Notes under the pieces: model-generated
What the model saw: only the letters and a program-made list of their open reading frames with translations
Databases searched by the model: none
Told to the model about the DNA's origin: nothing
Source: an uncultured delta proteobacterium
GTDB taxonomy: Bacteria; Desulfobacterota; Binatia; UBA9968
Reading direction: 5' to 3'
NCBI GenBank assembly: GCA_963745035.1
Contig: CAVUVW010000013.1
Location: 1,344,001-1,408,000, forward strand
Length of the DNA stretch: 64,000 nucleotides
Program-made: the position numbers and the translations under genes
In this document: one piece after another, positions 41,903 to 52,478 of the stretch
Position numbering within the stretch: position 1 is the first letter of the stretch
How the letters are laid out: each line of letters begins with the position of its first letter

Positions 41903-42877
41903 GTCCCGAGCAGCCAAGAATCGTTTTCCTCGACGCCGCGACTTACGGCGATATCGCGCTCGAGCGCTTTACGCGCCAAGTGGGATTGCGCCGTCCATCA
42001 AGTCACTCGTTCGGGCGACACGGCGCAACGGCTCGCCGGCCGGTCGATCGCGGTCACCAATAAAGTCGTCATCGATAAGGCGATCTTGCATTCGCCCCAA
42101 GCACGAGAACTGAAACTCATCGCCGTGGCGGCCACCGGCACCGACATCATCGATCGCGAGGAAGCGCAGCGCCGCGGTGTCAAAGTTTGCAACGTGCCCG
42201 GGTACGCGACCCAATCGGTGGCGCAATTTACCATGGCGCTGATTCTAGAATTGGCTACGCATGCCGGGCATTATGGCAATGCCGTGAGCATGGGAGAGTG
42301 GGAAAAAAGCCCCGTTTTCTCTCTCCTCACTTATCCGGCGATCGAGCTCAGTGGAAAAAAACTCGGCGTCGTCGGCTACGGCAGCATCGGCAAGGCCGTG
42401 GCGCGCATGGCGCGCGGCTTCGGCATGGAAATTCTGATGGCGGCGCGGCCGGGGACGAGCGGGCCGATACCCGATGGGCGCGTAGCGCTGGAACAATTGC
42501 TGCGCGAAGCGGATATCGTTTCGCTCCACTGCCCGCTGGCGCCCGAGACGCGCAACCTGATCGACCAGCGCACTCTCGCGCTGATGAAACCGACGGCCTT
42601 CCTGATCAACACCGCGCGCGGCGCGCTGGTCGACGAAGCCGCACTGATCGATGCGCTGCGAAACCGGCAAATCGCCGCCGCGGCTCTCGACGTGATCACC
42701 CAGGAGCCGCCGCCTGCGGAGCATCCGATAATTCTCGCCGCCCGCGAGCTGGACAATCTGATCGTCACGCCCCACACCGCCTGGTCCGCGCGCGAAGCGC
42801 GCGAACGTCTGCTCAAAGAGGTCGAAGAAAACATCGCCGCATTCCTGGAAGGCCACGACCGTAATCGCGTGGCGTAA
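41899..42877 (+). CDS. D-2-hydroxyacid (glycerate/hydroxypyruvate-type) dehydrogenase, frameshift near 41980
   Basis: IVFLDAAT, VAATG, GYGSIG, INTARG, TPHTAW. Confidence 0.88.
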
Positions 42878-42919
42878 GGCAACTCCCTATCAGCGCGCCC
42901 ATGGCTCTGCTGCAAAGAA

Positions 42920-43336
42920 TCAAAAGTACTGGCAGTGATCCGCCTTGAGCGCCTTTTCATCGAGAAACCAGCCCGGATCGACGATGCCTTCCGCTGTTTC
43001 GATCAGATTCGCGGCATCGACTTCGAAGGTCGCCGCGGCAAAACGGCAGGCGTAGAGCCTGACCTTACCGGTTTCGGTTAGCAGCTTCAGGTAGTCGCGG
43101 ATTTCCGTTGGATCGCCGTCCGCGGTGATGCGCTGGCGCAGCCACTCAGCTTCCGCCGCATGCCTGCCCTCGATACGCAGCGAGCGCGCGCCGGCTTCGG
43201 TCAGAGCCCGCACGGCCCACAGAACAAACAGAATATCCACTTCCGCCCCCTGCCTCGCCTGAGTATACGCGAAGGTCAGCGGCGTCAGCATTTTGTCGTA
43301 GCCGTCGTCGCGAATGATGATCGCCAACCTTTTCAT
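42920..43336 (-). CDS. DsrE/DsrF/DrsH-like protein
   Basis: [24 protein letters not shown] conserved Cys. Confidence 0.65.
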   Translation of the reverse strand: MKRLAIIIRDDGYDKMLTPLTFAYTQARQGAEVDILFVLWAVRALTEAGARSLRIEGRHAAEAEWLRQRITADGDPTEIRDYLKLLTETGKVRLYACRFAAATFEVDAANLIETAEGIVDPGWFLDEKALKADHCQYF

Positions 43337-43364
43337 AGTATTCCCTCTCATCTTGCTTGCATCG

Positions 43365-44276
43365 CTAGCAAAAGGCCGGTGCCATCGCTTCGATTTGGGT
43401 TCTGGCCTCAGGCTTGATTTTCTCCACGGTCGATAGAAAGTTCGGATGGGTCATCCCCGTCCCCAAATACGTCCAACGCATCCCCTTGGTTATCGCCTCG
43501 GTCATCTCTTGACGTTCACTCTTAGTGAGATTTCTCCCCGTAGCTATGACAAACGCTTCGGTATCGAACTCCGCTTGCTGCCTGATCCCCTCGTCGAGAA
43601 AGGCCCCGATCTTACCGTACTCCTCAAATGCCTGGTCAATTTCTTTCTCTGAGGCATGGCTTGCCAACTCTTCCACGATCAAGGTGTCGAGCTTGGTGTG
43701 CTGGGACTCCTCCAGCCAGTGATGCTTGAGCAGGCTCTTGAACAGCGGGTCGAGATCCTGATTGTCTTTGACCCCCTCGATGTAGTGTCTGAGCGTGATC
43801 CACTCGATGTGCAGTATCGCGATCCCCACTCCCAACACACTGTGCGACAGCACGAAGTTCTTGACCTCTTCGGCCGGGCCGATGAACTCGCACTTGCTGC
43901 CGAATCCCTCTTCAAACTCCCGGCGAAAGGTTTTGAACAAATGGATATGCTTGGCCTCTTCTCCAGCAAACTGCAAAAGCGCCCGCACTCGGTAGTCGTC
44001 TCCCGAAAGGTTCGCTCGGGCATGATCGACGGCGTAGGGCAAAATGAACTCTTCGACCAGACCGAACATGGCCAGGTACTCGTGCCCGCGGATCTGGTTC
44101 AATACCCGCTTCTCCTCCGCTGAAAGAAACGACACTCCTCCCACCTGCGCTAGCGACTCCGGCATGAACGACTTGCCAAAATCCAGCCGCTTGTCTTCCC
44201 CTATGATGTCTTCCACTCGCCAACCGATCCGCTCCGACGCCTCAAGCGCTCCCCGATAACTGTAATTGTTCTGCAT
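43365..44276 (-). CDS. Ferritin-like diiron protein, AurF-type ligand set
   Basis: [22 protein letters not shown] (H-x3-E-x2-H). Confidence 0.7.
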   Translation of the reverse strand: MQNNYSYRGALEASERIGWRVEDIIGEDKRLDFGKSFMPESLAQVGGVSFLSAEEKRVLNQIRGHEYLAMFGLVEEFILPYAVDHARANLSGDDYRVRALLQFAGEEAKHIHLFKTFRREFEEGFGSKCEFIGPAEEVKNFVLSHSVLGVGIAILHIEWITLRHYIEGVKDNQDLDPLFKSLLKHHWLEESQHTKLDTLIVEELASHASEKEIDQAFEEYGKIGAFLDEGIRQQAEFDTEAFVIATGRNLTKSERQEMTEAITKGMRWTYLGTGMTHPNFLSTVEKIKPEARTQIEAMAPAFC

Positions 44277-44326
44277 GATCGCCCTCCTCGAATTTATTTG
44301 CTGTTCATCAGCTTGTCCAACGCTTT

Positions 44327-44342
44327 TGCGGGAACCATGCCA
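44327..44342 (-). promoter_or_regulatory. Sigma54 -24/-12 promoter
   Basis: Minus strand TGGCATGGTTCCCGCA (GG-N10-GC), ~50 bp before the diiron gene. Confidence 0.65.
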
Positions 44343-44411
44343 GAACGCCAAATCGAGAGATTAAATCAAAGTTCCAAGCACTTAGAAGAATGGGAAAGTC
44401 CGATGAGGCTC

Positions 44412-44464
44412 ACGAGATTTCGTTGGTTACGAGATCTCGTGAGGGGATCAGTGCGAATTTTCGT
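44412..44464. promoter_or_regulatory. Three palindromic enhancer-like boxes ACGA-N4-TCGT
   Basis: acgagatttcgt (44412), acgagatctcgt (44429), gcgaattttcgt (44453). Confidence 0.65.
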
Positions 44465-44478
44465 GAGGCGAGTCCGGA

Positions 44479-46401
44479 CTAATGCTTGCGCTCGATGCCG
44501 AGCGCCTTCATGCGCGAGCTGAGCGTGGTGGGCTTTACGCCGAGCAGTTGGGCGGCGCCATTTTCTCCCGCGACTCTCCAGCCGGCGGATTCCAACGCGG
44601 CGATGAGATTTTTGCGTTCGAGATCTTCGAACTCTTGGGCCGTGCGCACGCGCTTAATCGCGGAGCCGTCATCGAGCGCTGCCGCCATCGAGTTCACGCT
44701 CTCTGGCAGGGCACGATCCAAATTGAGCTTGCCGTCGCGCGCCGTGATCACGCCGCGCTCGATGATATTTTGCAGCTCGCGCACGTTGCCCGGCCAGGCA
44801 TAGGCCTGGAGCCGGCGCAAACAATCCTGCGACAGCGGCTCGATAATCCGACCCAGGCGCTGGGCGAATTTCTGCGCGAACGCGGCGGCGAGCACGCCGA
44901 TATCCTCGCGCCGCTCGCGCAGCGCCGGCAATCGCAGCGGAAAGACGTTCAGCCGGTAATACAAGTCCTCGCGGAATTTGCCGTCGCGCACGGCCTGTTC
45001 CAAGTCACGGTTGGTCGCGGCGATCACGCGCGCGTCGACTTTGCGCGTCTGTGCGCTGCCCACCGGCTCGAACTCCCCTTCTTGCAGGACGCGGAGCAGC
45101 TTTGACTGCAAGTCGAGCGGCAGCTCGGCGACTTCGTCGAGAAAGATCGTGCCGCCGTGCGCCAAGGCAAAGCGGCCGTCGCGCTTTTTAGTCGCGCCGG
45201 TGAAGGCGCCCTGCTCGTGGCCGAAAAATTCGCTCTCGATCAGGGTCGCCGGGATCGCCGCGCAATTGACCTTGATCAGCGGCTTGTCGCGGCGCCGGCT
45301 GGCGAGATGGAGGGCGCGCGCGATCAACTCCTTGCCCGTGCCGGTCTCGCCCAGGATCAGCACCGTGGCGTCGGTCGCCGCCACTTCATTGACCTCGGCG
45401 AGAACCCGGCGCAGCGGCTCGCTTCGCCCGATGATCTCATCGGCGCCCACCAGCGCGCTGATCTCCTCGCGCAAGTATTCGGCTTGACCGGCGAGAGCGC
45501 GAATCTTTTGCTCGGCTTCGAGGCGTTCGCTGACGTTTCTCAAGATGAGCGTGTAGAAAGGCGCTCGTTCCACGTCGAAGCGCGACAGGGTGGCTTCCGC
45601 TTGAAAAACCCCGCCCCGATCTCCGGTGGCCGTGAGCCCGCCGGGAATCCACAAGAAGCGCTCTCCGTCCGGACGGGTGTCGAGATCGATGATCAAGCGC
45701 GCGAGCTTCTCGCGCGCATCCGGCGTCAAAAAATGTGTAAACGTTTGCCCGGCAGCGTCGACGGCGCTACGGCCGAAAACTTTTTCCGCCGCCGGGTTCA
45801 TCTGGGTCACGTGTAAATGCTGGTCGACCTCGATGATCGCGTCCATGGCGCTGCCGACCAGGCGGCCAAGCTTCTGCTCGCGCTCGCGCACCTGCGCCTC
45901 GGCGCGCAATCGTCGCAATTCGGCGGCGGCGCGGGCGGCAAAGATTTGAAACAGCGCCTGGGCGCGCGGCTCCGCCGGCATGGGGCGCGTGTCGAGAACC
46001 GCGAGATGGCCGAGAATCTTATTGTCCAGATCGAGCAGCGGCATGCCCATGTAGCTCACCGCGCCCGCCGCGCGCACATCGGGATCGGCGCCGTAGAGAT
46101 CGACCAGATTATCGGGAATATGAATGAGGCAACGCTCGTTGATCACCCGTTCGCAAGGCGTGCCGTCGACCACCATTTCCCACCCGTCGAGCCACTGACC
46201 GCCCATCCAGAAGGCGAGGGCTTTGAGGCGGCGGGAATCCGAAATATATTCGGTCACCCAGGCGCCCTGAGTGTGCAGGGCATCGGCGAGTTTTCGCACC
46301 AGCGCTTTGAAAAACTCCTCGCCGGTTTCGGTGGCCGTGCCTTCGAGAATGGTTCGGAGCGCGGCATCGACGTCGAGATTGTCCAGAGGCGGGCGGTCCA
46401 T
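44479..46401 (-). CDS. GAF-PAS sigma54 enhancer-binding protein (FhlA/NifA-like)
   Basis: [43 protein letters not shown]. Confidence 0.92.
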   Translation of the reverse strand: MDRPPLDNLDVDAALRTILEGTATETGEEFFKALVRKLADALHTQGAWVTEYISDSRRLKALAFWMGGQWLDGWEMVVDGTPCERVINERCLIHIPDNLVDLYGADPDVRAAGAVSYMGMPLLDLDNKILGHLAVLDTRPMPAEPRAQALFQIFAARAAAELRRLRAEAQVREREQKLGRLVGSAMDAIIEVDQHLHVTQMNPAAEKVFGRSAVDAAGQTFTHFLTPDAREKLARLIIDLDTRPDGERFLWIPGGLTATGDRGGVFQAEATLSRFDVERAPFYTLILRNVSERLEAEQKIRALAGQAEYLREEISALVGADEIIGRSEPLRRVLAEVNEVAATDATVLILGETGTGKELIARALHLASRRRDKPLIKVNCAAIPATLIESEFFGHEQGAFTGATKKRDGRFALAHGGTIFLDEVAELPLDLQSKLLRVLQEGEFEPVGSAQTRKVDARVIAATNRDLEQAVRDGKFREDLYYRLNVFPLRLPALRERREDIGVLAAAFAQKFAQRLGRIIEPLSQDCLRRLQAYAWPGNVRELQNIIERGVITARDGKLNLDRALPESVNSMAAALDDGSAIKRVRTAQEFEDLERKNLIAALESAGWRVAGENGAAQLLGVKPTTLSSRMKALGIERKH

Positions 46402-46502
46402 GCGCTCGATGGGTCGGTAGATAATCAGGTTAGAGAAAAAACTCGGCCCCGCGCCGTCCGCCGTGGGGCGGAAAACTCATCGAAAAATACGGCGCGCGCA
46501 GG

Positions 46503-46919
46503 CTAAAAGGGAATATCATCGTCCAGTGCCGGCCCGCCGCCGCCCATCTCCGCGCCGGAAGATTCCATTTCCGGCGCCATGCGCGTTCCCCCGCCGCCGC
46601 CGAGAAAACGAATCCGCTGGGCGACGATCTCGGTCACGTAGCGTTTGGTGCCGGTCTTGTCGTCATAGCTGCGCGTGCGGATGCTGCCTTCGACGTAAAC
46701 CTGGCGGCCCTTGGCCAGATACTGGCCGCAGGTCTCGGCTTGTTTGCCCCAAACGACGATGTTGTGCCACTCGGTTCTTTCCTGGCGCTTGCCGTCGCGA
46801 TCGTTCCACTGTTCGGATGTGGCGATCGAAAAATTCGCCACCGCGCTGCCGGTCTGCGTGAAGCGGACTTCGGGATCTTTGCCCAGATTGCCGATCAGAA
46901 TTACTTTGTTCACCGACAT
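46503..46919 (-). CDS. ssb: Single-stranded DNA-binding protein
   Basis: [23 protein letters not shown]-terminal DDDIPF. Confidence 0.97.
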   Translation of the reverse strand: MSVNKVILIGNLGKDPEVRFTQTGSAVANFSIATSEQWNDRDGKRQERTEWHNIVVWGKQAETCGQYLAKGRQVYVEGSIRTRSYDDKTGTKRYVTEIVAQRIRFLGGGGGTRMAPEMESSGAEMGGGGPALDDDIPF

Positions 46920-47113
46920 ATGAGTTCTCCAAGCTGGCCGAAGCGCAATGCCCCGGCGGAAAGGTTGAGCCAACTTAGCGCCGGTGTGGCGGAGAGTCAA
47001 TCCTGTAAGGGAGCTCTGTCAAGACTTGCTCGCGTTGATTTTTGGACAGCCAGGAACTAATATAAACCATCGAATTTCCATCGTTTGCGTAATTCAACTT
47101 TATAACCGTCTTG

Positions 47114-47878
47114 ATGTTCTACCTCCTCCGTTTGAGTGTTTTGCTCGTGGTTACGGTACCACTGGCGCTGCTCACAGTTGTCTTGGGCGCGATCGACCCG
47201 CACGGCAAGCGCGTCTACCGCATCAATCAATTCTGGACCTGGCTTATCCTGCGCCTGGGCGGTGTTTCGCTGCGCGTTCGGGGGCTGGAAAACATCGATG
47301 CGCATGAGCCCTATATTTTCATGGCCAACCATCAGAGCAACGTCGACATCCCGGTGCTGATTCAAAGCTTGTTGCGCTTTCAGCTCCGCTGGATCGCTAA
47401 GAAGGAACTTCTGCGCGTGCCGTTGTTCGGCTGGGCCATGCGGGCGACCAAGCATATCACCGTCGATCGCGCCGATCCGCTGGACGCAATGAAGAGCGTG
47501 GAGCGCGCTAGAGAGCGGATCGCGGCGGGTATTTCCGTAGTCATTTTTCCCGAAGGGACGCGCAGTCGCGACGGCCGATTGCTGCCGTTCAAGAAGGGCG
47601 GCTTTCTGATCGCCGCTAAGACCGGCGCCAAGATTGTCCCGGTCACCATCGTCGGCAGCGCGGCGCTATTGCCGTCCGGCGCCTGGCAGCTGCGCGCCGG
47701 TGCCGTGGATGTGTTCGTCGATCAACCCATCGCGTCAGAGGGATATCGGGCGGGACAATTGAAAGCGCTGTCGGACCAAGTGCGTCAAGTGATCGCGGCC
47801 CGTTTACAGCAGCCGGCGGCGCCTGAAAGCGGCCCATCGACGGCGACTCATCCGCGCTTGGAGACCCGTATCGCCTAA
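47114..47878 (+). CDS. plsC: 1-acyl-sn-glycerol-3-phosphate acyltransferase
   Basis: NHQSNVD, FPEGTRS, FKKGGF. Confidence 0.88.
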   Translation: MFYLLRLSVLLVVTVPLALLTVVLGAIDPHGKRVYRINQFWTWLILRLGGVSLRVRGLENIDAHEPYIFMANHQSNVDIPVLIQSLLRFQLRWIAKKELLRVPLFGWAMRATKHITVDRADPLDAMKSVERARERIAAGISVVIFPEGTRSRDGRLLPFKKGGFLIAAKTGAKIVPVTIVGSAALLPSGAWQLRAGAVDVFVDQPIASEGYRAGQLKALSDQVRQVIAARLQQPAAPESGPSTATHPRLETRIA

Positions 47879-47884
47879 CACCAC

Positions 47885-49540
47885 ATGGACACACTCAAAA
47901 TCATACCGCTCGGCGGCCTTGGAGAATTCGGCCTCAACATGATGCTGGTCGAATACGGCGATAGTGCCATCGCCATCGACTGCGGGCTCATGTTTCCGGG
48001 CGCCGATCTGCTCGGCATCGATCTGGTGATCCCGGACGTGAGCTATTTGATCGAGCGCCGCGACAAGCTCAAAGCGATCGTGCTAACCCACGCCCATGAA
48101 GATCACGTCGGCGCCCTGCCCTATATTCTCGAGCACTTCAACGTGCCGATTTTCGGCACGCGCCTGACTCTCGGCCTGCTCGCAAATAAATTGCGCGAGC
48201 ACGATCTCGAGGACACCGTCGATGTGCGCCAGATTACCGCCGGCGCGCCCTGGGACGTCGCGCCGTTTCGCATCGAAGGCATCCGCGTGACCCACAGCTT
48301 GATGGACTGTCTGGCGCTTGCCGTGGAGACGCCGGTCGGCACGGTGATCCACACCGGCGATTTCAAGATCGACAACACGCCCATGGAAGGCGAGATGTTC
48401 GACTTCCAGCGGTTTGCCGCCTACGGCGAGAAGGGCGTGCTGTTGCTGCTTTCCGACTCGACCAACGTCGAGCGCGCCGGGCACACGCCGTCGGAGCGGG
48501 AAGTCGGCACCAACCTCGAACAGATCATCCAGTCGAGCTCCGGCAAAGTCCTGGTCTCGACCTTTTCTTCGAGCATCCCGAGAATCCAGCAGGTCGTCGA
48601 TATTTCCGCGCGCTGCGATCGGCGTGTCGTGCTGAGCGGCCGGAGCATGATTCGCAACAGCCAAGTCGCCGCCGAGCTCGGCTACCTCGATCTGCCGCGC
48701 AGCGCCATGACCGAAAACGACCGGTGGCAAGACCTGCCCGAGAGTCGCCTCACCTTTCTCACCACCGGCAGCCAAGGCGAGCCGCTGTCGGCGCTTCACC
48801 GCGTGGCTTTGAACGATCACAAGAGCATTAAAATCACGCCGGGCGATACCGTCATTCTCTCTTCCAAATTCATTCCCGGCAACGAGAAAACGATTGCCAA
48901 TCTGATCGATCATCTGTATCGCCGCGGCGCCGACGTGCACTACGAAAAAGTTTCCGAGATTCACGTCTCTGGACACGCGAGCCAGGAAGAGTTGAAGATC
49001 ATGCTTCAGCTCACCCGGCCGCGCTATTTCGTGCCCATCCACGGCGAATATCGCCACCTGGTGCGCCATCGCCGGCTCGCCCAGGAAGTCGGCATACCGG
49101 CCGAGAATTGCTTTATTCTCGAAGACGGCGACGTGCTGGAGCTGACCGCCCAGGGCGCGCAGAAAACCACTCCGATACAAGTCGGCAAGGTTTTTGTCGA
49201 CGGCAAGGGGGTCGGTGACGTCGGCGACATCGTCATTCGCGACCGGCGCCATTTATCGGAAGACGGCATGGTGCTCGCGGTCATGGCGATCCACCAGCAA
49301 TCGGGCGACCTGGTCGCGGGGCCGGACATGATTTCGCGCGGATTTATGCGCGCCGAAGAGAGCGAGGAAGTCTTAGAGCATGCCAAGAAAGTCGTTCTCG
49401 AAACTCTCAACGGCATGAATCGCGAAACCCGCACCGACCCGGCCGAGCTCAAGGAAGAAGTGCGCCGGGCGCTGCGGCGCTTTTTTAGAAAAAAACTGGA
49501 GCGCCATCCGGTCGTTCTGCCGTACATCATCGAGACTTGA
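47885..49540 (+). CDS. rnj: Ribonuclease J
   Basis: IPLGGLGEFGLN, THAHEDH, HVSGH, PIHGE. Confidence 0.95.
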   Translation: MDTLKIIPLGGLGEFGLNMMLVEYGDSAIAIDCGLMFPGADLLGIDLVIPDVSYLIERRDKLKAIVLTHAHEDHVGALPYILEHFNVPIFGTRLTLGLLANKLREHDLEDTVDVRQITAGAPWDVAPFRIEGIRVTHSLMDCLALAVETPVGTVIHTGDFKIDNTPMEGEMFDFQRFAAYGEKGVLLLLSDSTNVERAGHTPSEREVGTNLEQIIQSSSGKVLVSTFSSSIPRIQQVVDISARCDRRVVLSGRSMIRNSQVAAELGYLDLPRSAMTENDRWQDLPESRLTFLTTGSQGEPLSALHRVALNDHKSIKITPGDTVILSSKFIPGNEKTIANLIDHLYRRGADVHYEKVSEIHVSGHASQEELKIMLQLTRPRYFVPIHGEYRHLVRHRRLAQEVGIPAENCFILEDGDVLELTAQGAQKTTPIQVGKVFVDGKGVGDVGDIVIRDRRHLSEDGMVLAVMAIHQQSGDLVAGPDMISRGFMRAEESEEVLEHAKKVVLETLNGMNRETRTDPAELKEEVRRALRRFFRKKLERHPVVLPYIIET

Positions 49541-49552
49541 GGAAGCTCGTTT

Positions 49553-51814
49553 ATGGCCGCTGCGGAAAAGAAAGGTCGGCTGCATCGCGAAGTCTGGGGC
49601 GTGGTCATCGGACTCACCGCGCTGCTGGTCGCGCTCAGCCTGATTTCTTACAGCGTCAACGACCGTTCGCTCAATTCGCCGTCCGGGCCCGCCGACGCCT
49701 ACAACTGGGGTGGTTTCGTAGGCGCGGTCCTGGCCGACCTGTTGTTGCAGGGGCTTGGGCTCTCTTCCTATCTGCTACCCGTTTTCCTTGCCGTCGGCGC
49801 GCTGCAAATGTTTCGCGCCGACAGCGGCGGAGTGCCCGTCGGCAGGGCCTTGGCCTACACCATCTTGGTCCTGAGCGTCGGCGTCATTTTGAGCATCGTC
49901 ATCGATAGCGAAAGCGCGCGCGACTCCGGCGGGATTGTCGGCGGTTTTCTCAAAGAAAGCGTGTTGGTCCCGCTCTTCGGTTCCCTGAGCGCGGTCCTGA
50001 TCGCATGTTTTGCCCTATTGCTGTCGTTCATGATGCTGACGCAAAACTCACTGCTCGACATCGTCGGCTACACCAGGAGAAATTTCGCCGAGGCGCGCAA
50101 GTCCCTCGTTCCCGCCATCAATCAGCGCCTGAGACGATTCAAAGAAAGGCAAGACAAACGGAAGGGCGAAAATACCAAAAAAGAAAAAAGAGATTACGTG
50201 CCGCCGCCGATCGTATTGAAAGAAGAGTTTAGGGACGAGCCCGCGGCGGCCAAACGGCTGCAGAAAAAGCCTGCACAGCCGCCCGAGCAATTCAAGCTCC
50301 CCGAAGTCGAAGGCTACAAACTTCCGCCCCTCGAGCTCCTCGATCCCGCCGACGGCGAGCAGGTCAAGATCGACACCGAGACGCTGCAGGCCAACTCGCT
50401 CATCCTACAAAAAAAGCTCGAAGACTTCGGCGTCGAAGGCGAGGTGGTCGCGGTGCGCCCGGGCCCCGTGATCACGATGTACGAATTCAAGCCGGCTCCC
50501 GGCGTCAAGGTGCGGCGCATCGTGATGCTGGCCGACGATCTCGCCATGGCGCTGCGCGCCGTGAGCGTGCGCATCCTGGCGCCGATTCCCGGTGAATCCG
50601 TCGTCGGCATCGAGATCCCCAATCCGCGGCGCGAAATGGTCTACCTGCGCGAAGTGATCGAAAGCGAAGCGTATCGCAGCACCGATTCCAAGCTGACCTT
50701 GGCGCTGGGCAAAGATATCGGCGGCACGCCGTTCGCGACCGATTTGGCCAAGATGCCGCATTTGCTGGTCGCCGGCGCTACCGGCACCGGCAAGTCGGTT
50801 TCGATCAATGCCATGATTTTGAGCATTCTTTATAAATCGAGCCCTCAGGACGTCAAATTCATCATGGTCGATCCGAAGATGCTCGAACTGACCGTGTACG
50901 AGGATATCCCGCACCAACTCGTGCCGGTGGTCACAGATCCCAAGAAGGCCGCGGCGGCGCTCTTCTGGGCGATGGATGAGATGGATCGGCGCTATCGTCT
51001 GATGCGAGACAAGGGCGCGCGCAACATTGATAACTACAACAAAACGCTCGAAAGGGAAGCTGGAAGCAAAAAGGCGCTGATCGACTTGACCGAAGCTGAA
51101 TCGACCGAGGAACCGAACGACATCGGCGGCAGTATCTCGGCCGATGCGCCGCTGACTCACGAAAGATTGCCTAAGATCGTCATCATTATCGACGAATTGG
51201 CCGATCTTATGCTGACCGTTGGTCGGGATATCGAAGAATATATCACCCGGCTTGCGCAAAAGGCGCGGGCGGCGGGCATCCATCTGATCCTCGCAACCCA
51301 GCGCCCCTCCGTTGACGTCATTACCGGCTTGATCAAAGCCAATTTCCCAGCGCGTATCTCGTTTCAGGTAACCACTCGCGTCGATTCCCGGACGATTCTC
51401 GATTCCATGGGCGGTGAGAAGCTTCTCGGCAACGGCGATTTGCTCTTTATGCCGCCAGGGACGGCGCGATTGTTCCGCGTGCACGGTGCATTTGTGTCGG
51501 ATCAAGAGGTTCGGCGGGTCATGAAGTTTATCAAACAACAAGGACGGCCGAGCTACCGTCCGGAAGTTCTCGAAGCGAAGAAGGAAGTCGAGTCGGCACT
51601 GCCGGCAGACGAGGAATACGACGAGATGTACGACCAGGCGGTCGCCATCGTCACCGAGACCCAGCAGGCCTCGATATCTATGATTCAGCGCAGATTGCGG
51701 GTAGGATACAACCGTGCCGCGCGCATGATCGAGCAAATGGAGCGCGACGGGGTCGTCGGCCCCGCGGACGGCGCCAAGCCGCGAGAAGTTTATGCCAGAA
51801 AAATCGAAGCGTAA
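49553..51814 (+). CDS. ftsK: DNA translocase FtsK
   Basis: N-terminal TMs, PHLLVAGATGTGKS, IDELADL, gamma domain QRRLRVGYNRAAR. Confidence 0.95.
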   Translation: MAAAEKKGRLHREVWGVVIGLTALLVALSLISYSVNDRSLNSPSGPADAYNWGGFVGAVLADLLLQGLGLSSYLLPVFLAVGALQMFRADSGGVPVGRALAYTILVLSVGVILSIVIDSESARDSGGIVGGFLKESVLVPLFGSLSAVLIACFALLLSFMMLTQNSLLDIVGYTRRNFAEARKSLVPAINQRLRRFKERQDKRKGENTKKEKRDYVPPPIVLKEEFRDEPAAAKRLQKKPAQPPEQFKLPEVEGYKLPPLELLDPADGEQVKIDTETLQANSLILQKKLEDFGVEGEVVAVRPGPVITMYEFKPAPGVKVRRIVMLADDLAMALRAVSVRILAPIPGESVVGIEIPNPRREMVYLREVIESEAYRSTDSKLTLALGKDIGGTPFATDLAKMPHLLVAGATGTGKSVSINAMILSILYKSSPQDVKFIMVDPKMLELTVYEDIPHQLVPVVTDPKKAAAALFWAMDEMDRRYRLMRDKGARNIDNYNKTLEREAGSKKALIDLTEAESTEEPNDIGGSISADAPLTHERLPKIVIIIDELADLMLTVGRDIEEYITRLAQKARAAGIHLILATQRPSVDVITGLIKANFPARISFQVTTRVDSRTILDSMGGEKLLGNGDLLFMPPGTARLFRVHGAFVSDQEVRRVMKFIKQQGRPSYRPEVLEAKKEVESALPADEEYDEMYDQAVAIVTETQQASISMIQRRLRVGYNRAARMIEQMERDGVVGPADGAKPREVYARKIEA

Positions 51815-52478
51815 GGGGATCTTTAAACTCGCCCGTTGCGCGAGCGTAACCATCGTGCTGCTGGGCGCAGTTTTCGCGGCATGGGCGGCGGAAAACAACG
51901 CCGCGGAAGCGATTGTCGATCGCTTGCAGAAAAATTATGACGCTACCGCGGATTTCGTCGCCGATTTCCGCCAGGAAACCGAAGTTAAAAATTTGAACCG
52001 AACCCTCAAAGCCTCCGGCAAGCTCTCCTTCAAGCGCCCGGGGAAAATGCTCTGGCTCTATGAAGAGCCGAAAGGACAGTTTGTACTCGCGGACGGCAAA
52101 CATCTTTATTTTTATCAGCCCGAGCAGAACCAGGTGATCAAGAGCCCGCTCAAGAACGCGTTTCGCGGCGATATCCCGCTATCGTTTCTGCTCGGCTTGG
52201 GCAACTTGAAAAAGGATTTCGACGCTACCCTTAAAGCCAGCGAGGAAACCCAGCATATCTTGCGCCTGGAGCCAAAGGGCGAAGCGGGCGGTTACAACGA
52301 GATTTTGCTGGGGGTCAGCAAAGCTTCCTCGGATATTCTCTGGGTGAGCGTGCGCGACGCGGCCAACAATCTCACCACGCTGCAATTTTCCAACATGCGC
52401 AAAGGCGTCGGATTGAAGGATGCTCTTTTCCAAGTCCAGATTCCCAAGGGCGCCGATGTCGTAGAGCTGGGCCAGTGA
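51792..52478 (+). CDS. lolA: Outer-membrane lipoprotein carrier LolA
   Basis: ADFRQE, FKRPGKM, DGKHLYFY; follows ftsK. Confidence 0.85.
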   Translation: MPEKSKRKGIFKLARCASVTIVLLGAVFAAWAAENNAAEAIVDRLQKNYDATADFVADFRQETEVKNLNRTLKASGKLSFKRPGKMLWLYEEPKGQFVLADGKHLYFYQPEQNQVIKSPLKNAFRGDIPLSFLLGLGNLKKDFDATLKASEETQHILRLEPKGEAGGYNEILLGVSKASSDILWVSVRDAANNLTTLQFSNMRKGVGLKDALFQVQIPKGADVVELGQ

